From Verrucomicrobiota bacterium (GTDB taxonomy: Bacteria > Verrucomicrobiota > Verrucomicrobiia > Limisphaerales > SIBE01), in the NCBI GenBank assembly GCA_021733945.1, contig JAIPJX010000001.1:3707-67706 (forward strand): 64,000 nucleotides of DNA. The letters run 5' to 3'. Numbering within the stretch: position 1 is the stretch's first letter; each line of letters opens with the position of its first letter. Position numbers and translations under genes: made by a program. Of this stretch, positions 48,427-58,645 are shown piece by piece. The notes below the pieces were generated by a model that saw nothing but the letters and a program-made list of their open reading frames with translations, was not told the DNA's origin and made no database searches.

Positions 48427-51303
48427 TTATCGTCGGGCGCGGTAGAATTTGATCGTGTCCGAGAACGGGAGGGTGGCGGGGCTTGAGATGGCGGGGACAT
48501 CGGTGTACGGACCCGTCACGGATTCGGAGGACTGCAGGATTCCTTCGTAGGTGATCGTGATTCCAGTAGCGCTGCGGACGATGGCGATGTTCCCGATTTC
48601 ACCGCCCCCGTTGACCGGTTCCACAGGGAGCAGCTGAACCGCGTTCACGGGAGCGCGCGGCGGGTTCCCTGCACCCAGGCCGGTTTCCGTGCTCGCTTCC
48701 AGGATGATGTTCGCGGCCATCAATCCCGGGAACACCAGGTAACTGCCAGCCCCATACTCAGCCGGACCGATGTCCGTCGGAACCTGCACAAATTCGGTCG
48801 GGACGGTGTCTGATGTGGCACGGATGTATTCGGTGAGCGCTTCTCCCGTTGCCGCGTCCACAATCCGGTAGGCACCGGAACGGCCGTCGGCGACTCCCCC
48901 CAGGGCATACACATAGACGTCATAACCGGCCACCACCAAACCGTCGGGAATGCCACTGATGGACACGGTCGTCCGGGTCGCATCTCCGGTGTCCAGATAG
49001 CCGCCCATCAAGGCGGCGTTCGCGGTGCCGACTGCGAACTCGGCTCCATTGTCTTCGCCACGACCATGGGAGGCCCAGGTATTGTTGGATTGCCACTGAA
49101 CGGAGACGCCGGAGGGGCCGCCGCTTGCGTCCACCACTTCGTCCTGAAAGCCGGACATGCCCTGGAGGTTGTTCCAATTGATCTGGACGGCAATCGGCGC
49201 TCCCGCGGAATCCAGGGCACCGAGAGCAAACGTTCCGGTGCCATTCGGTTCATCCGCGCCAAAGTTGAGCCCGATCGGAAGGGCAATTCCGCCAATGGAG
49301 TTCGGGGCGGCAAACATGCCGATGGAGCTGCCGCTCAGGGCGGGACTGCCTGCGACCGGCAGGGGACTGCCTTCCTTGATCCAGGTCACCGCCGCGTTGT
49401 CGGCTCCGACTCCGGCCGTGTGGAGCAGTTCGACGTAATATCGGTTGCCCGCCACCAGGCGTACTGGCGCGGAACGGTTCTCGCAGAAGTCGGGGCATCC
49501 CGGTCGTCGTTGATCCTCGAGCCAGTCGCGTTCCGCATTTCCTATTGGCTCGGAGGCGATGAACGCTTTGTTCACAGGGTCTTCATCGGTGCTCAGCCAG
49601 AGTTCCCCGCGGTTGTCCGAAGACATGAAGAAGATGTAATTGGCCGTCTCGGTTGGCGTGACGAAGCCAGTGATCCTCGAGCCATAATTTTCGGCAAACC
49701 CGGTTGGCCCTTCGAAGGCCCCCAGGAGCCGCTCTTCGGTGGAATGTTCAGGATAACGGGGATCATTCCGGAGGTTGCCCAGACCACCCGTCACGTCGCT
49801 CCAGACCTGCCATTTCAGGACGCCGGAAACAAACTTGAAGGACCTCAGGATCGCGGTGTTCCCCAGAGGCGAGATCCTGTTGCCGGCGTTGTCCCTCAGG
49901 TTTTCCACCCTGAGGGTGAAATCGGTGTCCTCGGTCTGCCTGCTTGTGGTCAGGCGGACCGTCAATGGATCCATCTGCGTGGCGCGGGACACGGTCACCC
50001 CGCCTGAAAGGGAGTAGTTGGCGGCCGTTGTGGCCGTTTCCTTGGTGATCGGCTCGGAGAAACGAATGGTGGCCGAATGCATCGTGTCGCTGCCAATCAC
50101 ACTGGCGATCCTGGGTGCCTTGTTGTCCGCCTCCACGGTCAGAGTCACCTCATCGCTGACCAACGACGTGCCCAGAGTGCCAACGATCACTTTGAACAGC
50201 GCCCCGTTGTCCTCCTCGGGCGTGTAGGGAATCGTGTAGCGCTCGGAGGTGGCACCGGGGATGATCGTGCCATTGCGAACCCACTGAATGAAACGGGGTG
50301 CACCGTAGGGAGAGAAATGCCGCACGCCCACCGCGAACGTCACACGCTCGTTGGCGATGGTGGTGGCATTCACCGGTTGCGCAGTGATCTCCAGTTCCAC
50401 ACCGTTCGGGTCTCCGATGCCGGTGAGGAGCGCCCCGCGAATCGGCTGCAGGGTTGCGGCGGGAGTCGGATCGCCCGATTGCCGCATTGCCACCTGGCCA
50501 AAATCACCGCCGGTTCCCTCCTTCACGACGAACGCAAAACCGTACTGCCCGCCCTCGGTCAGAAGAATCGGCACCTGAGTGGTCTGCTCGGCGCCAGGTT
50601 CCTGAAAGGCATTGCAGCAGCCGGTCTCTTGGGCGATGGGAAGATCCACGCCGGGGATCGGGATTTCGGGACCGGTTTCGTTCAGGTAGAATTGGGAGGC
50701 GTCGTGGCTGCGAACAAAAAAATCGAACTGACCTGTCTTGGGAGCCTTCAACACGCCGGTGATAAGAATTCCATAATTGTCGCCGAGACCCTCAAAATCG
50801 AGTCCGTTCAGGTAAACACCCCGGGTGGGAGTGCGGTTCTGAAAGGCGGCGGAATCCAACAGCGACGCCACGGTCGAGCCGGGAATCCGATCATAGATTT
50901 CGCCCAGCAGAAACCCGAGGTTCTCGATCTCCTCGGTGGCGGTCCTGGCGATCAGAGTTTTCCAGAGCGAAACATTGCCGGCTGGGTCGACAGCGCGCAC
51001 CCGGTAGGCGTGGTTGCTTCCGGGCAACAGTCCCACATCCACCCATTCCAGGGCATCGAGGTGGAGGGGTGGGCTCACGCCATCCTTTTCGACTTCGTAA
51101 GCGACCACTCCTGAATTGTCCGTCGCGGCATCCCAGGCCAACCTGACCAGGCGGGTGCCTTCGAAAACGACCCGAAGATTGCCGGGAGCCGTGGGGGGTT
51201 GCGTGTCGGCGACAATGGCCGTCGAGCTCAAATGGATGTTCCCTCCGGCGTGCGTCGTCATCCCGACGAGCAGGAAGAACGCGGCAAGTATTGTTTTACG
51301 CAT
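48427..51303 (-). CDS. Giant secreted surface protein: FN3 + PA14-like + Ig (I-set-like) + SbsA-type Ig + second PA14-like + unassigned domain + conserved C-terminal motif
   Basis: Start MRKTILAAFFLLVGMTTHAGG. FN3 (PPTAPGNLRV...WDAATDNSGVVAYEV). PA14-like (GQFDFFVRSHDASQFYLN). Ig (ITAQPVNATTIANERVTFAV...WVRNG). Tail ITITYEGILQSSESVTGPYTDV...KFYRARR. Confidence 0.85.
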   Translation of the reverse strand: MRKTILAAFFLLVGMTTHAGGNIHLSSTAIVADTQPPTAPGNLRVVFEGTRLVRLAWDAATDNSGVVAYEVEKDGVSPPLHLDALEWVDVGLLPGSNHAYRVRAVDPAGNVSLWKTLIARTATEEIENLGFLLGEIYDRIPGSTVASLLDSAAFQNRTPTRGVYLNGLDFEGLGDNYGILITGVLKAPKTGQFDFFVRSHDASQFYLNETGPEIPIPGVDLPIAQETGCCNAFQEPGAEQTTQVPILLTEGGQYGFAFVVKEGTGGDFGQVAMRQSGDPTPAATLQPIRGALLTGIGDPNGVELEITAQPVNATTIANERVTFAVGVRHFSPYGAPRFIQWVRNGTIIPGATSERYTIPYTPEEDNGALFKVIVGTLGTSLVSDEVTLTVEADNKAPRIASVIGSDTMHSATIRFSEPITKETATTAANYSLSGGVTVSRATQMDPLTVRLTTSRQTEDTDFTLRVENLRDNAGNRISPLGNTAILRSFKFVSGVLKWQVWSDVTGGLGNLRNDPRYPEHSTEERLLGAFEGPTGFAENYGSRITGFVTPTETANYIFFMSSDNRGELWLSTDEDPVNKAFIASEPIGNAERDWLEDQRRPGCPDFCENRSAPVRLVAGNRYYVELLHTAGVGADNAAVTWIKEGSPLPVAGSPALSGSSIGMFAAPNSIGGIALPIGLNFGADEPNGTGTFALGALDSAGAPIAVQINWNNLQGMSGFQDEVVDASGGPSGVSVQWQSNNTWASHGRGEDNGAEFAVGTANAALMGGYLDTGDATRTTVSISGIPDGLVVAGYDVYVYALGGVADGRSGAYRIVDAATGEALTEYIRATSDTVPTEFVQVPTDIGPAEYGAGSYLVFPGLMAANIILEASTETGLGAGNPPRAPVNAVQLLPVEPVNGGGEIGNIAIVRSATGITITYEGILQSSESVTGPYTDVPAISSPATLPFSDTIKFYRARR

Positions 51304-51501
51304 ATGTTTGGTGCTTCTGACTTCGATCCGCGCTGGAACGTTGGATTCGGACAATCATGGCGCGAATACCAACACACTTAGCAAAGAGTTCATTTCGTGT
51401 AACCCTATTTTATGCTGGTTGACCTCGGGGTGTGCCCCGGGGAAGGCCCGGTCCCCGGCGCTGGTGCCGGTGCCCGAGGCAGACCAAGGCCTGATCAGGG
51501 C

Positions 51502-51532
51502 AAAAAAAGGGGCCGGATTTAAATCCGGCCCC
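51502..51532 (-). terminator. Rho-independent terminator of the 1244-aa gene
   Basis: Palindrome GGGGCCGGATTTAAATCCGGCCCC (51509-51532), followed on the minus strand by a run of seven T. Confidence 0.7.
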
Positions 51533-51556
51533 TTCGTGATTTGATGTTACGTCAGA

Positions 51557-54500
51557 TTATTGACGTGTCCGGTAGAACTTGCCGGATCCGGAGAACGGAA
51601 TCGTTGCCGGGCTCGCGGCTCCGGGCACGTCCGTGAACGGTCCAAGGATGCTGTCCGAGGACTGCAATGTTCCCTGGTAGGTGAGGGTCAGGCTGGTTGC
51701 GGTGCGGGCGATCCCGATTCCGCCGCCTGTGCCACCACCGCCGGCGGGCACTCCGGGCACCGAGCCGACTGCCAGTCCGGTTCCACCGTTGTACAGAGCG
51801 GCCACTTCCGCGGGTGTCAACACCCGGTTCCAGATGGCGATGTCGTCGATTGATCCGACCCAGCGGCGGTTCAGAGCATCGGGGTTTTCTCCGATGAACA
51901 GGTTCTTGGTTCCTGCCGCCAACACGGGTTTGGTTGCATTTACCCCGTAGATCTTGCCGTCGATGTAGATGGCCGTGCCGAACGCCGCACCCGTCGCATC
52001 GCTGACTGCCACGAAATGATGCCAGTTGCCATCATTCACATTCGGCGCGTTGTCCGCTCCTTCACCCACACCACCGGCGTAGGCGATGGAGTTGCTGCCA
52101 CCACGTCGTGCGACGCGGTAGTTGGAGCCTTCACCCTTGGAGATGAGGGCCTGCCAGTCCTTGTCAAAGGCACCCACCTTGAACCAGCCGCCGATCGACA
52201 TGCTGCCTCCGGGGAACTGCAGGTTGTTGTGGTCGCCTCCGGTGATCTCGACGAAGTTCGATCCGTCGAGCACGAGGGCCTGACCGGCTTTGCCTGCGCC
52301 ATACGCAATCGGGGCTGTTCCCCGGGCTGTGCCGTTGAACTTACCGACCGGCTCGTTGAGATTGCCGTCGAAGCTCCAGTAGGCGGTGAGACCCTTGACC
52401 AGATCAACCGACCCGCCAGCGCCAGCGCCGGTGGGGACCAACTGGACCGCGTTCACGGGGGCGCGTGCCGGACTTCCGGCACCAAACCCGGCTTCGGTCG
52501 TTGCTTCAAGGATGATGTTCGAGGCTTTCAGGCCCTTGAACACCAGGTGGGTGCCCGGAGCATAGATCGTCGGGTCCGTGCTGGGCTTGACGATCGAGTA
52601 TTCAGTCGGGCTGGTGGCCGACGTTGCTCGAATGTACTCCGTCAACGGCGCTCCATCCGATGCGTTCACCACCCGATAGGAACCCGAACGTCCGGCGGCA
52701 ACACCACCCAGTGCATACACATAGAGGTCGTAACCGGTCTCGGTCAGGTTTGCGGGAATGCCGGTGATGGTGACGGTCGATTTGGTCGGATCACCCGTGT
52801 CGAGGTAACCCGCCATCAGCTGATGATCCGGGGTGCCGACGGCGAAGTTGTCGCCGTTGGTTTCACCGATGCCGGTGGAGGCCCAGGTGTTGTTGGAGGT
52901 CCACTCAATGCTCAGCCCGGTGGCTACCCCGTTGGCATCGGTGAGAGCAGCGCCGGTTCCCGCCGCGCCAGCCAGGTTGTTCCAGTTGGACTGTGCGAGG
53001 CCCGGCACGCCGGCCCGGTCGGTTGCGCCAAGGGCGAAGGTGCCCGCGTCGTTGGGTTGATCGGCACCAAAGTTGAGGCCGATCGCGATGTTCCGGCTCG
53101 CGGACGTGATGGATTGAGTAATGCCGGCCGCGGCAATCTTGTTGCCCGCGTTATCGGCCAGATTGCGCACGGTCAGAGTGTACTGCGTGGCTTCCGCCTG
53201 TTTGCTGGTTGCCAGCCGGACCGTGGTCGGATTGACCTGGGTTGCGCTCGACACGGTGACTCCGCCGGACAGCGAGTAGTTGGCCGCAACCGTGGCGGAT
53301 GCCTCGGTGACGGGCTCGGAGAACTCGATCGTTACCGAGTTCCACGAATCGGCGGGAGTAGCTTTGACAATGGCCGGCGGACGGGTGTCATTTTCGACGG
53401 TCAATGTGACCTCGCTGCTGGTGACCGCTTTGCCAAGGGTTCCCACAGTGACCTTAAATTTCGCTCCGTTGTCAGCGAGGGAGGTCAAGGGGATGTTGTA
53501 GGTGCTGGCCGAAGCACCCGGGATGAGCGCGCCATTGCGGTACCATTGGTAGAAGACGCCCGCACCGTAGGGGGAGGAGTGGGTGGCCGTCACACTGAAG
53601 CTTGCCGACTCGTTGGCCGTGGAGGTCACGTTGGCCGGCTGTGCGGTGATCGCGAGTTCCGCTCCGACCGCATCGGCCTTGCCCGTGAGGATTGCGCCCC
53701 GGATCGGCTGAAGCTGATCGGCAGGGGTCGGATCGCCGACCTCCCGCATGGCCACCTGGCCCCAGTCACCGCCGCCACCTTCCTTCACCACGAACGCAAA
53801 CCCGTACTGCTTGCCTGCGGTGAGCGAAATCGGCACCTGTGTGGTCTGAGGCGCGCCCACTTCCTGGAATGCGTTGCAACAGCCGGTCTCTTCAGCGATG
53901 TAGAGATCAAACTCGGGATTCGGAATGGCCGGTCCTGCTTCGTTCAAGAAGAACTGCGAGGCGTCATCGCTGCGAACGAAGAAGTCGTACTGACCGGTTT
54001 TCGGCGCGGTCAACACGCCGGTGATCAGGATGCCGTAGTTGTCGCCGTATCCATCGAAGTCCAATCCGTTGACATAAACGCCGCGGGTGGGTTTTTTCTC
54101 GAAAAAGGCATCGGAAAAGACCAGCGAAGCCACGTCCGTGTTTGGAATATTATCGTAGATCTGGCCCAGAAGGAACCCGACGCCGTCCACTTCCTTGACG
54201 GTCTTGGTGGTCAGGGTCTGCCAGGCGGAAGCGTTTCCGGAAACATCGATCGCACGGACCCGATAGCTGTGGTTGCTCTCGGGAAGCAGACCAGTATCGG
54301 TCCATTCCAGAGCGTTGACCAGCAGCGGAGGGGTGGCTCCGTCCTTCTCAACCTCGTAACCCACGCGGCCGGAGTTATCGGTTGCGGCACCCCAGGTGAG
54401 TTTCACAAAGCGTGCGCCGGCAAGAGCGACCTTTGCATTGCCCGGAGCCGTCGGAGGCGTGGTGTCCGATCCGCTGGCGGTGGTTGACAGCTTGATGTTG

Positions 54501-55291
54501 TCGATGTGTGTGTGTTCATTGGCACCACCGGTGCGGCCACCCAGAACGAGTCGGCCGGCGGACGGGAAGAAGTCGGTCTGAAATCCGTCCAAAATGGTAA
54601 CGCCCTTCCAGATCACCGTCAGCTTGGCGGCGTCATCCAGGTTCACCACGAGATGCTGCCAGCACAGGCCGGCCCAGGAAGCGGGATCCATCGGGTCCCC
54701 GCCATTGGCCCAGTAGTCGGCGTCCCTCGGACCGGTCTGAAGGCTGGTCGCGTCGGCGCAGGCGCCGTGCCGGGTGGGCACACTGTGACGAAGAACGGTT
54801 TTGTTGTCGACACGCACCAGGATGCCTTCGATGTCGCCGCCATCCGCGTAGGTGTTTCCGGCCCATGTATCGAACGAGATGGCGATACCGGTGGTGGATC
54901 CGCCCTCCGGAATGCTTCCAGCGAAATTGCCGGCGTTCCCGATGTCACCCAGGACGGGGTCATTCGCGCGGGCGATGCTGATGCTGAATCCGTCGGCGGC
55001 ACGGTCGCCCGTGCTGTTTCCAACGCGCAGGTCGGCTTCGAACTTGAAGGCGGTGATGATTTTTCCGTCATCGATGTCAGGGAAGACAAAGCCGGTGTAC
55101 TGACCTTCAACGGGATAGGTGATTGCCAGAAAGCCACCCGGATTACCGCCGGATTCGACCCAGGGTTGAGTGTTGTTCCCTCCGATCTGGAGACTACTGG
55201 TCGGGTCGCTCGAAAAATCGAACGTCGCCTGACCAGCCTGCACCGTCACTCCGATGAGAGCAAACAGCGCTGCAAGGATTGATTTACGCAT
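51557..55291 (-). CDS. Giant secreted surface protein, paralog of 48427-51303 with extra N-terminal lectin/LamG-like and C-terminal LamG domains
   Basis: Start MRKSILAALFALIGVTVQAGQ. It shares the FN3, PA14-like (ETGCCNAFQE), Ig, SbsA-Ig and NWNNL-containing domains with its neighbour. LamG_3-like segment (WHHFVAV...DDIAIWNRVLTPAEVAALY). Tail LTLTYQGTLQSSDSILGPFTDV...KFYRTRQ. Confidence 0.85.
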   Translation of the reverse strand: MRKSILAALFALIGVTVQAGQATFDFSSDPTSSLQIGGNNTQPWVESGGNPGGFLAITYPVEGQYTGFVFPDIDDGKIITAFKFEADLRVGNSTGDRAADGFSISIARANDPVLGDIGNAGNFAGSIPEGGSTTGIAISFDTWAGNTYADGGDIEGILVRVDNKTVLRHSVPTRHGACADATSLQTGPRDADYWANGGDPMDPASWAGLCWQHLVVNLDDAAKLTVIWKGVTILDGFQTDFFPSAGRLVLGGRTGGANEHTHIDNIKLSTTASGSDTTPPTAPGNAKVALAGARFVKLTWGAATDNSGRVGYEVEKDGATPPLLVNALEWTDTGLLPESNHSYRVRAIDVSGNASAWQTLTTKTVKEVDGVGFLLGQIYDNIPNTDVASLVFSDAFFEKKPTRGVYVNGLDFDGYGDNYGILITGVLTAPKTGQYDFFVRSDDASQFFLNEAGPAIPNPEFDLYIAEETGCCNAFQEVGAPQTTQVPISLTAGKQYGFAFVVKEGGGGDWGQVAMREVGDPTPADQLQPIRGAILTGKADAVGAELAITAQPANVTSTANESASFSVTATHSSPYGAGVFYQWYRNGALIPGASASTYNIPLTSLADNGAKFKVTVGTLGKAVTSSEVTLTVENDTRPPAIVKATPADSWNSVTIEFSEPVTEASATVAANYSLSGGVTVSSATQVNPTTVRLATSKQAEATQYTLTVRNLADNAGNKIAAAGITQSITSASRNIAIGLNFGADQPNDAGTFALGATDRAGVPGLAQSNWNNLAGAAGTGAALTDANGVATGLSIEWTSNNTWASTGIGETNGDNFAVGTPDHQLMAGYLDTGDPTKSTVTITGIPANLTETGYDLYVYALGGVAAGRSGSYRVVNASDGAPLTEYIRATSATSPTEYSIVKPSTDPTIYAPGTHLVFKGLKASNIILEATTEAGFGAGSPARAPVNAVQLVPTGAGAGGSVDLVKGLTAYWSFDGNLNEPVGKFNGTARGTAPIAYGAGKAGQALVLDGSNFVEITGGDHNNLQFPGGSMSIGGWFKVGAFDKDWQALISKGEGSNYRVARRGGSNSIAYAGGVGEGADNAPNVNDGNWHHFVAVSDATGAAFGTAIYIDGKIYGVNATKPVLAAGTKNLFIGENPDALNRRWVGSIDDIAIWNRVLTPAEVAALYNGGTGLAVGSVPGVPAGGGGTGGGIGIARTATSLTLTYQGTLQSSDSILGPFTDVPGAASPATIPFSGSGKFYRTRQ

Positions 55292-55644
55292 AATGTTTGA
55301 GTTCTGACTTGGTTTTGTTACTTAAATTCACATCCCTGCGCCTTCGCATGGGTTATCCCACTGATCGCTCCTATTTGTCACCTGCCGGTTGCGAGCCGAG
55401 GCGTGGATGGGACAGCAGGATCCAGCTCTTGCCTGTTCTCATACGATCTGCAATCACGATCTCGACAAATCGGATCAATCCGTTGGAATAGTGTGAACGA
55501 GGATATCAGCAGAAGACGTTGTGAAAGGCAAGCATAGAATAGAAAGCCCGGTTTTGAGCTAGACACCCCGGATCATGTCCCGATGGACGGTTTTTGCGGG
55601 GGGTTTTGTGATTTGCCTGCTATCCGGAAGCGGTGTATGGAACG

Positions 55645-55675
55645 AAAAAGGCCCGCCGAATGGCGGGCCTTTTTT
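55645..55675 (-). terminator. Bidirectional-type rho-independent terminator after the pseudopilin-like gene
   Basis: AAAAA-GGCCCGCC-GAAT-GGCGGGCC-TTTTTT. Confidence 0.75.
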
Positions 55676-55699
55676 GTAAGATTCTGACTGACGGGTGAA

Positions 55700-56533
55700 T
55701 TACTGGCCGACCGGAAGCTGATGCCCCCGCTTGCGTTGGGTTTTCAGAGCCATCCAGATCGCATCCTTGTCACGGGCAGTCGCGTTGGGCTTCACAAACC
55801 CGAACCGGACGGGATTGATCGCCTGCGAAGCCGAAGCGGTCCAACGATGAATCTCGGAATGACCGTCGGCAAAAGCAATGCCGGCAGCGCCGTTGTGATA
55901 GCTCGCGGGAAGATCAATCCACGGATTGCCGCGCTCGAGTTCGGGGGTGAAACAACCTGCATCATTAATGCTGTCGGGATGTTCATCCATGTAAACCCAG
56001 GTTTCGGTGGGGCCCGGATCGTTCAAACCGGACATCTTGCGGGTGAACTCGGGGAAATCGCGGCAACCCCAGGCATTGGAATCATCACCAATCCGGATGT
56101 TGCCGGAGATACTGCGAACCCGTTCCGTCCAGCCCACTTTTTTCTGAGCAGCACTCGCGTATTTGTCCGAAGGGCACTTGAAGATGTTCCGGGCATTCGA
56201 GAAATACGCCGCGAGATTGGAGTATCTCGGGTCCAGCAGGTACTGGACATTGGTGTTGTGTGAGGAGGTGCCCCAGTCAAGCCAGCCGGTCACCCAGGCG
56301 CCATTCGCCACGCCACCGCCGTGGCGGGCCGTTGGAAAACTGTCCTCATTGTCGCCCAGATACATATGGCAGGCGAGCATGAGCTGCTTGGTATTGTTCA
56401 TGCACAACACCCCTTTGGCCTTCTCCTTCGCCTTGCCGAGAGCCGGCAACAACATGCCTGCCAAAATGGCGATGATGGCGATAACCACCAGCAATTCGAT
56501 CAATGTGAACCCCTTTCGAATCTGGGTGTTCAT
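55700..56533 (-). CDS. Prepilin-type N-terminal cleavage/methylation domain protein with H-X9-DG motif
   Basis: [30 protein letters not shown]. The C-terminal region has [15 protein letters not shown]. Paralog of 17425-18276. Confidence 0.85.
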   Translation of the reverse strand: MNTQIRKGFTLIELLVVIAIIAILAGMLLPALGKAKEKAKGVLCMNNTKQLMLACHMYLGDNEDSFPTARHGGGVANGAWVTGWLDWGTSSHNTNVQYLLDPRYSNLAAYFSNARNIFKCPSDKYASAAQKKVGWTERVRSISGNIRIGDDSNAWGCRDFPEFTRKMSGLNDPGPTETWVYMDEHPDSINDAGCFTPELERGNPWIDLPASYHNGAAGIAFADGHSEIHRWTASASQAINPVRFGFVKPNATARDKDAIWMALKTQRKRGHQLPVGQ

Positions 56534-56763
56534 CCTGTCTGTGTCTCTATTTATCCTCATAATGTTTATGAATATGTTTGGCTGTCTTTAGTTGGGGCGC
56601 AATTTTTTACCTAAAATGAAAGATGTATACAAGCACGATTCTTAACGGCAAAAATGGATCCGGGTTTTTGACAAAGTCGTTTTACTGGCTTATTGCGATC
56701 TTGCCTCAATCGTGCGAAATTGAAAAGTGTGCGTTTGACCGCACAGAGAGTCGTCATCGGTTT

Positions 56764-57318
56764 TCAGAATTCAAGCGCTGCCTGAACCTGGATCCCGGCT
56801 TCCAGGCAGTAGGCTGCATTCTGAACGTATTTTTCGGCCCAGGGTTTCAGCCCAGCCTGCTCCTCCGGCGAGAGTTCACGCACCACACGAGCGGGCGAGC
56901 CCAGCACAAGGGACCCTGGCGGGATCATAACCCCCTGGGTCACAAGCGCATTCGCTCCTATCAAGGACCTGGCCCCCACGACGGCACCGTCCAGAACCGT
57001 CGCCCCCATCCCGATCAGGCACTCGTCCCCGATCGTGCAGGCATGGATGATGGCGGAATGCCCGATCGTGACGTAAGCCCCCACTTCACAGGCATACTCC
57101 TCGGCCAGGTGGAGTACGGCGTTGTCCTGCACATTCGAATGATGCCCCACGACAATCCGGTTGATATCACCCCGGAGCACCGCGTTGTACCAGATGCTGG
57201 CGCATTCACCCAAGGTGACATCCCCGATGACAACCGCTCCGCGGGCAATATAAACGCCGGGGCCGAGGCTCGGTTTCTGACGAAGATGGCGGTCGAGCAA
57301 TGCTTTGAGGTTTCCCAT
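56764..57318 (-). CDS. Gamma-carbonic-anhydrase-like / hexapeptide-repeat (LbH) protein (YrdA/PaaY family)
   Basis: VIGDVTLGECASIWYNAVLRGD, VGHHSNVQDNAVLH and IGHSAIIHACTIGDECLIGMGA are left-handed beta-helix repeats carrying His ligands. Confidence 0.85.
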   Translation of the reverse strand: MGNLKALLDRHLRQKPSLGPGVYIARGAVVIGDVTLGECASIWYNAVLRGDINRIVVGHHSNVQDNAVLHLAEEYACEVGAYVTIGHSAIIHACTIGDECLIGMGATVLDGAVVGARSLIGANALVTQGVMIPPGSLVLGSPARVVRELSPEEQAGLKPWAEKYVQNAAYCLEAGIQVQAALEF

Positions 57319-57431
57319 GGCTCCCTTTAAGCATGGATACAAAGCCTGTCCAAGAAAAATCACGACCAAGAGATCCAACACCCGAGATTGTTTTTCGGGT
57401 ACCCTTCGTGGTATTGGTAATTACGGGTACC

Positions 57432-58361
57432 ATGACACATCACGAACCCAATCAACCCATTCGACGCAAACGGCGTCTGCCTCGTTCCTTCAAGGATCTC
57501 ACGCCGAGCAATCATTTTAACCCGAGAACCTTTTTTCGGGAAATGGTCTGGAAGGCGCTGCTGACCAAACGGACCGGCCAGCACCGCACCCCGGAGTTTC
57601 CGGTTCTGAACGAGGGGGAGGTGGCGGTGACCTGGATCGGCCACGCCTCGTTCCTGGCTCAATTCACCGATCTCAACGTCCTGATCGACCCGAACTTCGC
57701 CAACTGGCTGTTCCTGCTCAAACGGATCAAACGGACCGGCTTGAAGATCGAGGACCTTCCACCCATAGATCTCGTGCTGTTGACGCACGCTCATTTTGAT
57801 CACTTCCACAAACCGACCCTGCGCAAGCTGCCATCCCCAAAGATTGCCGTGCTCCCCTGGGGCGTTGGAGACCTGGCGCGCGGACTGGGCTTCGGGCGGG
57901 TCATCGAACTGAAGTGGTGGGAGAGTTTTTCCCACGGGGACTGGAAAGTGACCCTCACTCCAACCCGGCACTGGGGCGCACGCGCGCTCGCTGATGAGCA
58001 TCGCGGATACGGCAGTTTCATTCTGGAGCACCAGGGACGCAGCCTGTTCCACGCGGGGGACAGTGCCTATTTTGAGGGGTTTCAGGAGATCGGGACCCGG
58101 CATTCCCCCGAAATCGCCATGCTGCCGATCGGAGCCTATTTTCCCGATTCCTTCCGGCATACCCACATGGGCCCGGACGAAGCGGTGCGGGTGTTTCATG
58201 ATCTGAGGTCGAAATGGCTGGTGCCGATGCATTTTGGCGCATTTCGGTTGTCGTTTGAAGATCCGGAGGAACCGCCCCGGTGGCTGCGCGAGCTCTGCGA
58301 TACGGCCGGGATCAACCACCACCTCAAGGTTCTTGAGGAGGGGTGCCCCCACGTTTTTTGA
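57432..58361 (+). CDS. MBL-fold metallo-hydrolase (NAPE-PLD-like subgroup)
   Basis: VTWIGHASFLAQF, VLIDPNF and DLVLLTHAHFDH. The start at MTHHEPN is chosen over the longer ORF-track start. Confidence 0.8.
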   Translation: MTHHEPNQPIRRKRRLPRSFKDLTPSNHFNPRTFFREMVWKALLTKRTGQHRTPEFPVLNEGEVAVTWIGHASFLAQFTDLNVLIDPNFANWLFLLKRIKRTGLKIEDLPPIDLVLLTHAHFDHFHKPTLRKLPSPKIAVLPWGVGDLARGLGFGRVIELKWWESFSHGDWKVTLTPTRHWGARALADEHRGYGSFILEHQGRSLFHAGDSAYFEGFQEIGTRHSPEIAMLPIGAYFPDSFRHTHMGPDEAVRVFHDLRSKWLVPMHFGAFRLSFEDPEEPPRWLRELCDTAGINHHLKVLEEGCPHVF

Positions 58362-58461
58362 TTCCTCGCTTGAGGCCGCACCCAAACCCCGGTGCAAAGC
58401 TGTTTCGGAAATGCGCCACTCCTTTGGAGACTGACGTTGGCGCTCGCCGTTCCCTAATTGC

Positions 58462-58585
58462 CTGTCTGAAGACTCTAATCCGATGGCAGGCGCCGACGGG
58501 ACGAGGCTCCAAATGACCTGGAATTTGCCCGGTTTGGTGGTTGAAGAAGTGAACCTTCTTACGTCGGCTCCTACTTTTAAGACAC
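58462..58585. repeat. MITE-like repeat family 2, copy 2
   Basis: The left end CTGTCTGAAGA and right end TTTTAAGACAC are inverted. The core GACGAGGCTCC...CCGGTTTGG..GTTGAAGAAGTGAACCTTCT matches the reverse complement of 48266-48327. Confidence 0.55.
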
Positions 58586-58645
58586 GCCCTGAGAGAATCC
58601 CCTTGCACGAGCCGGTCATTGGCCATAACCGGGAGCGTTTGGGGA

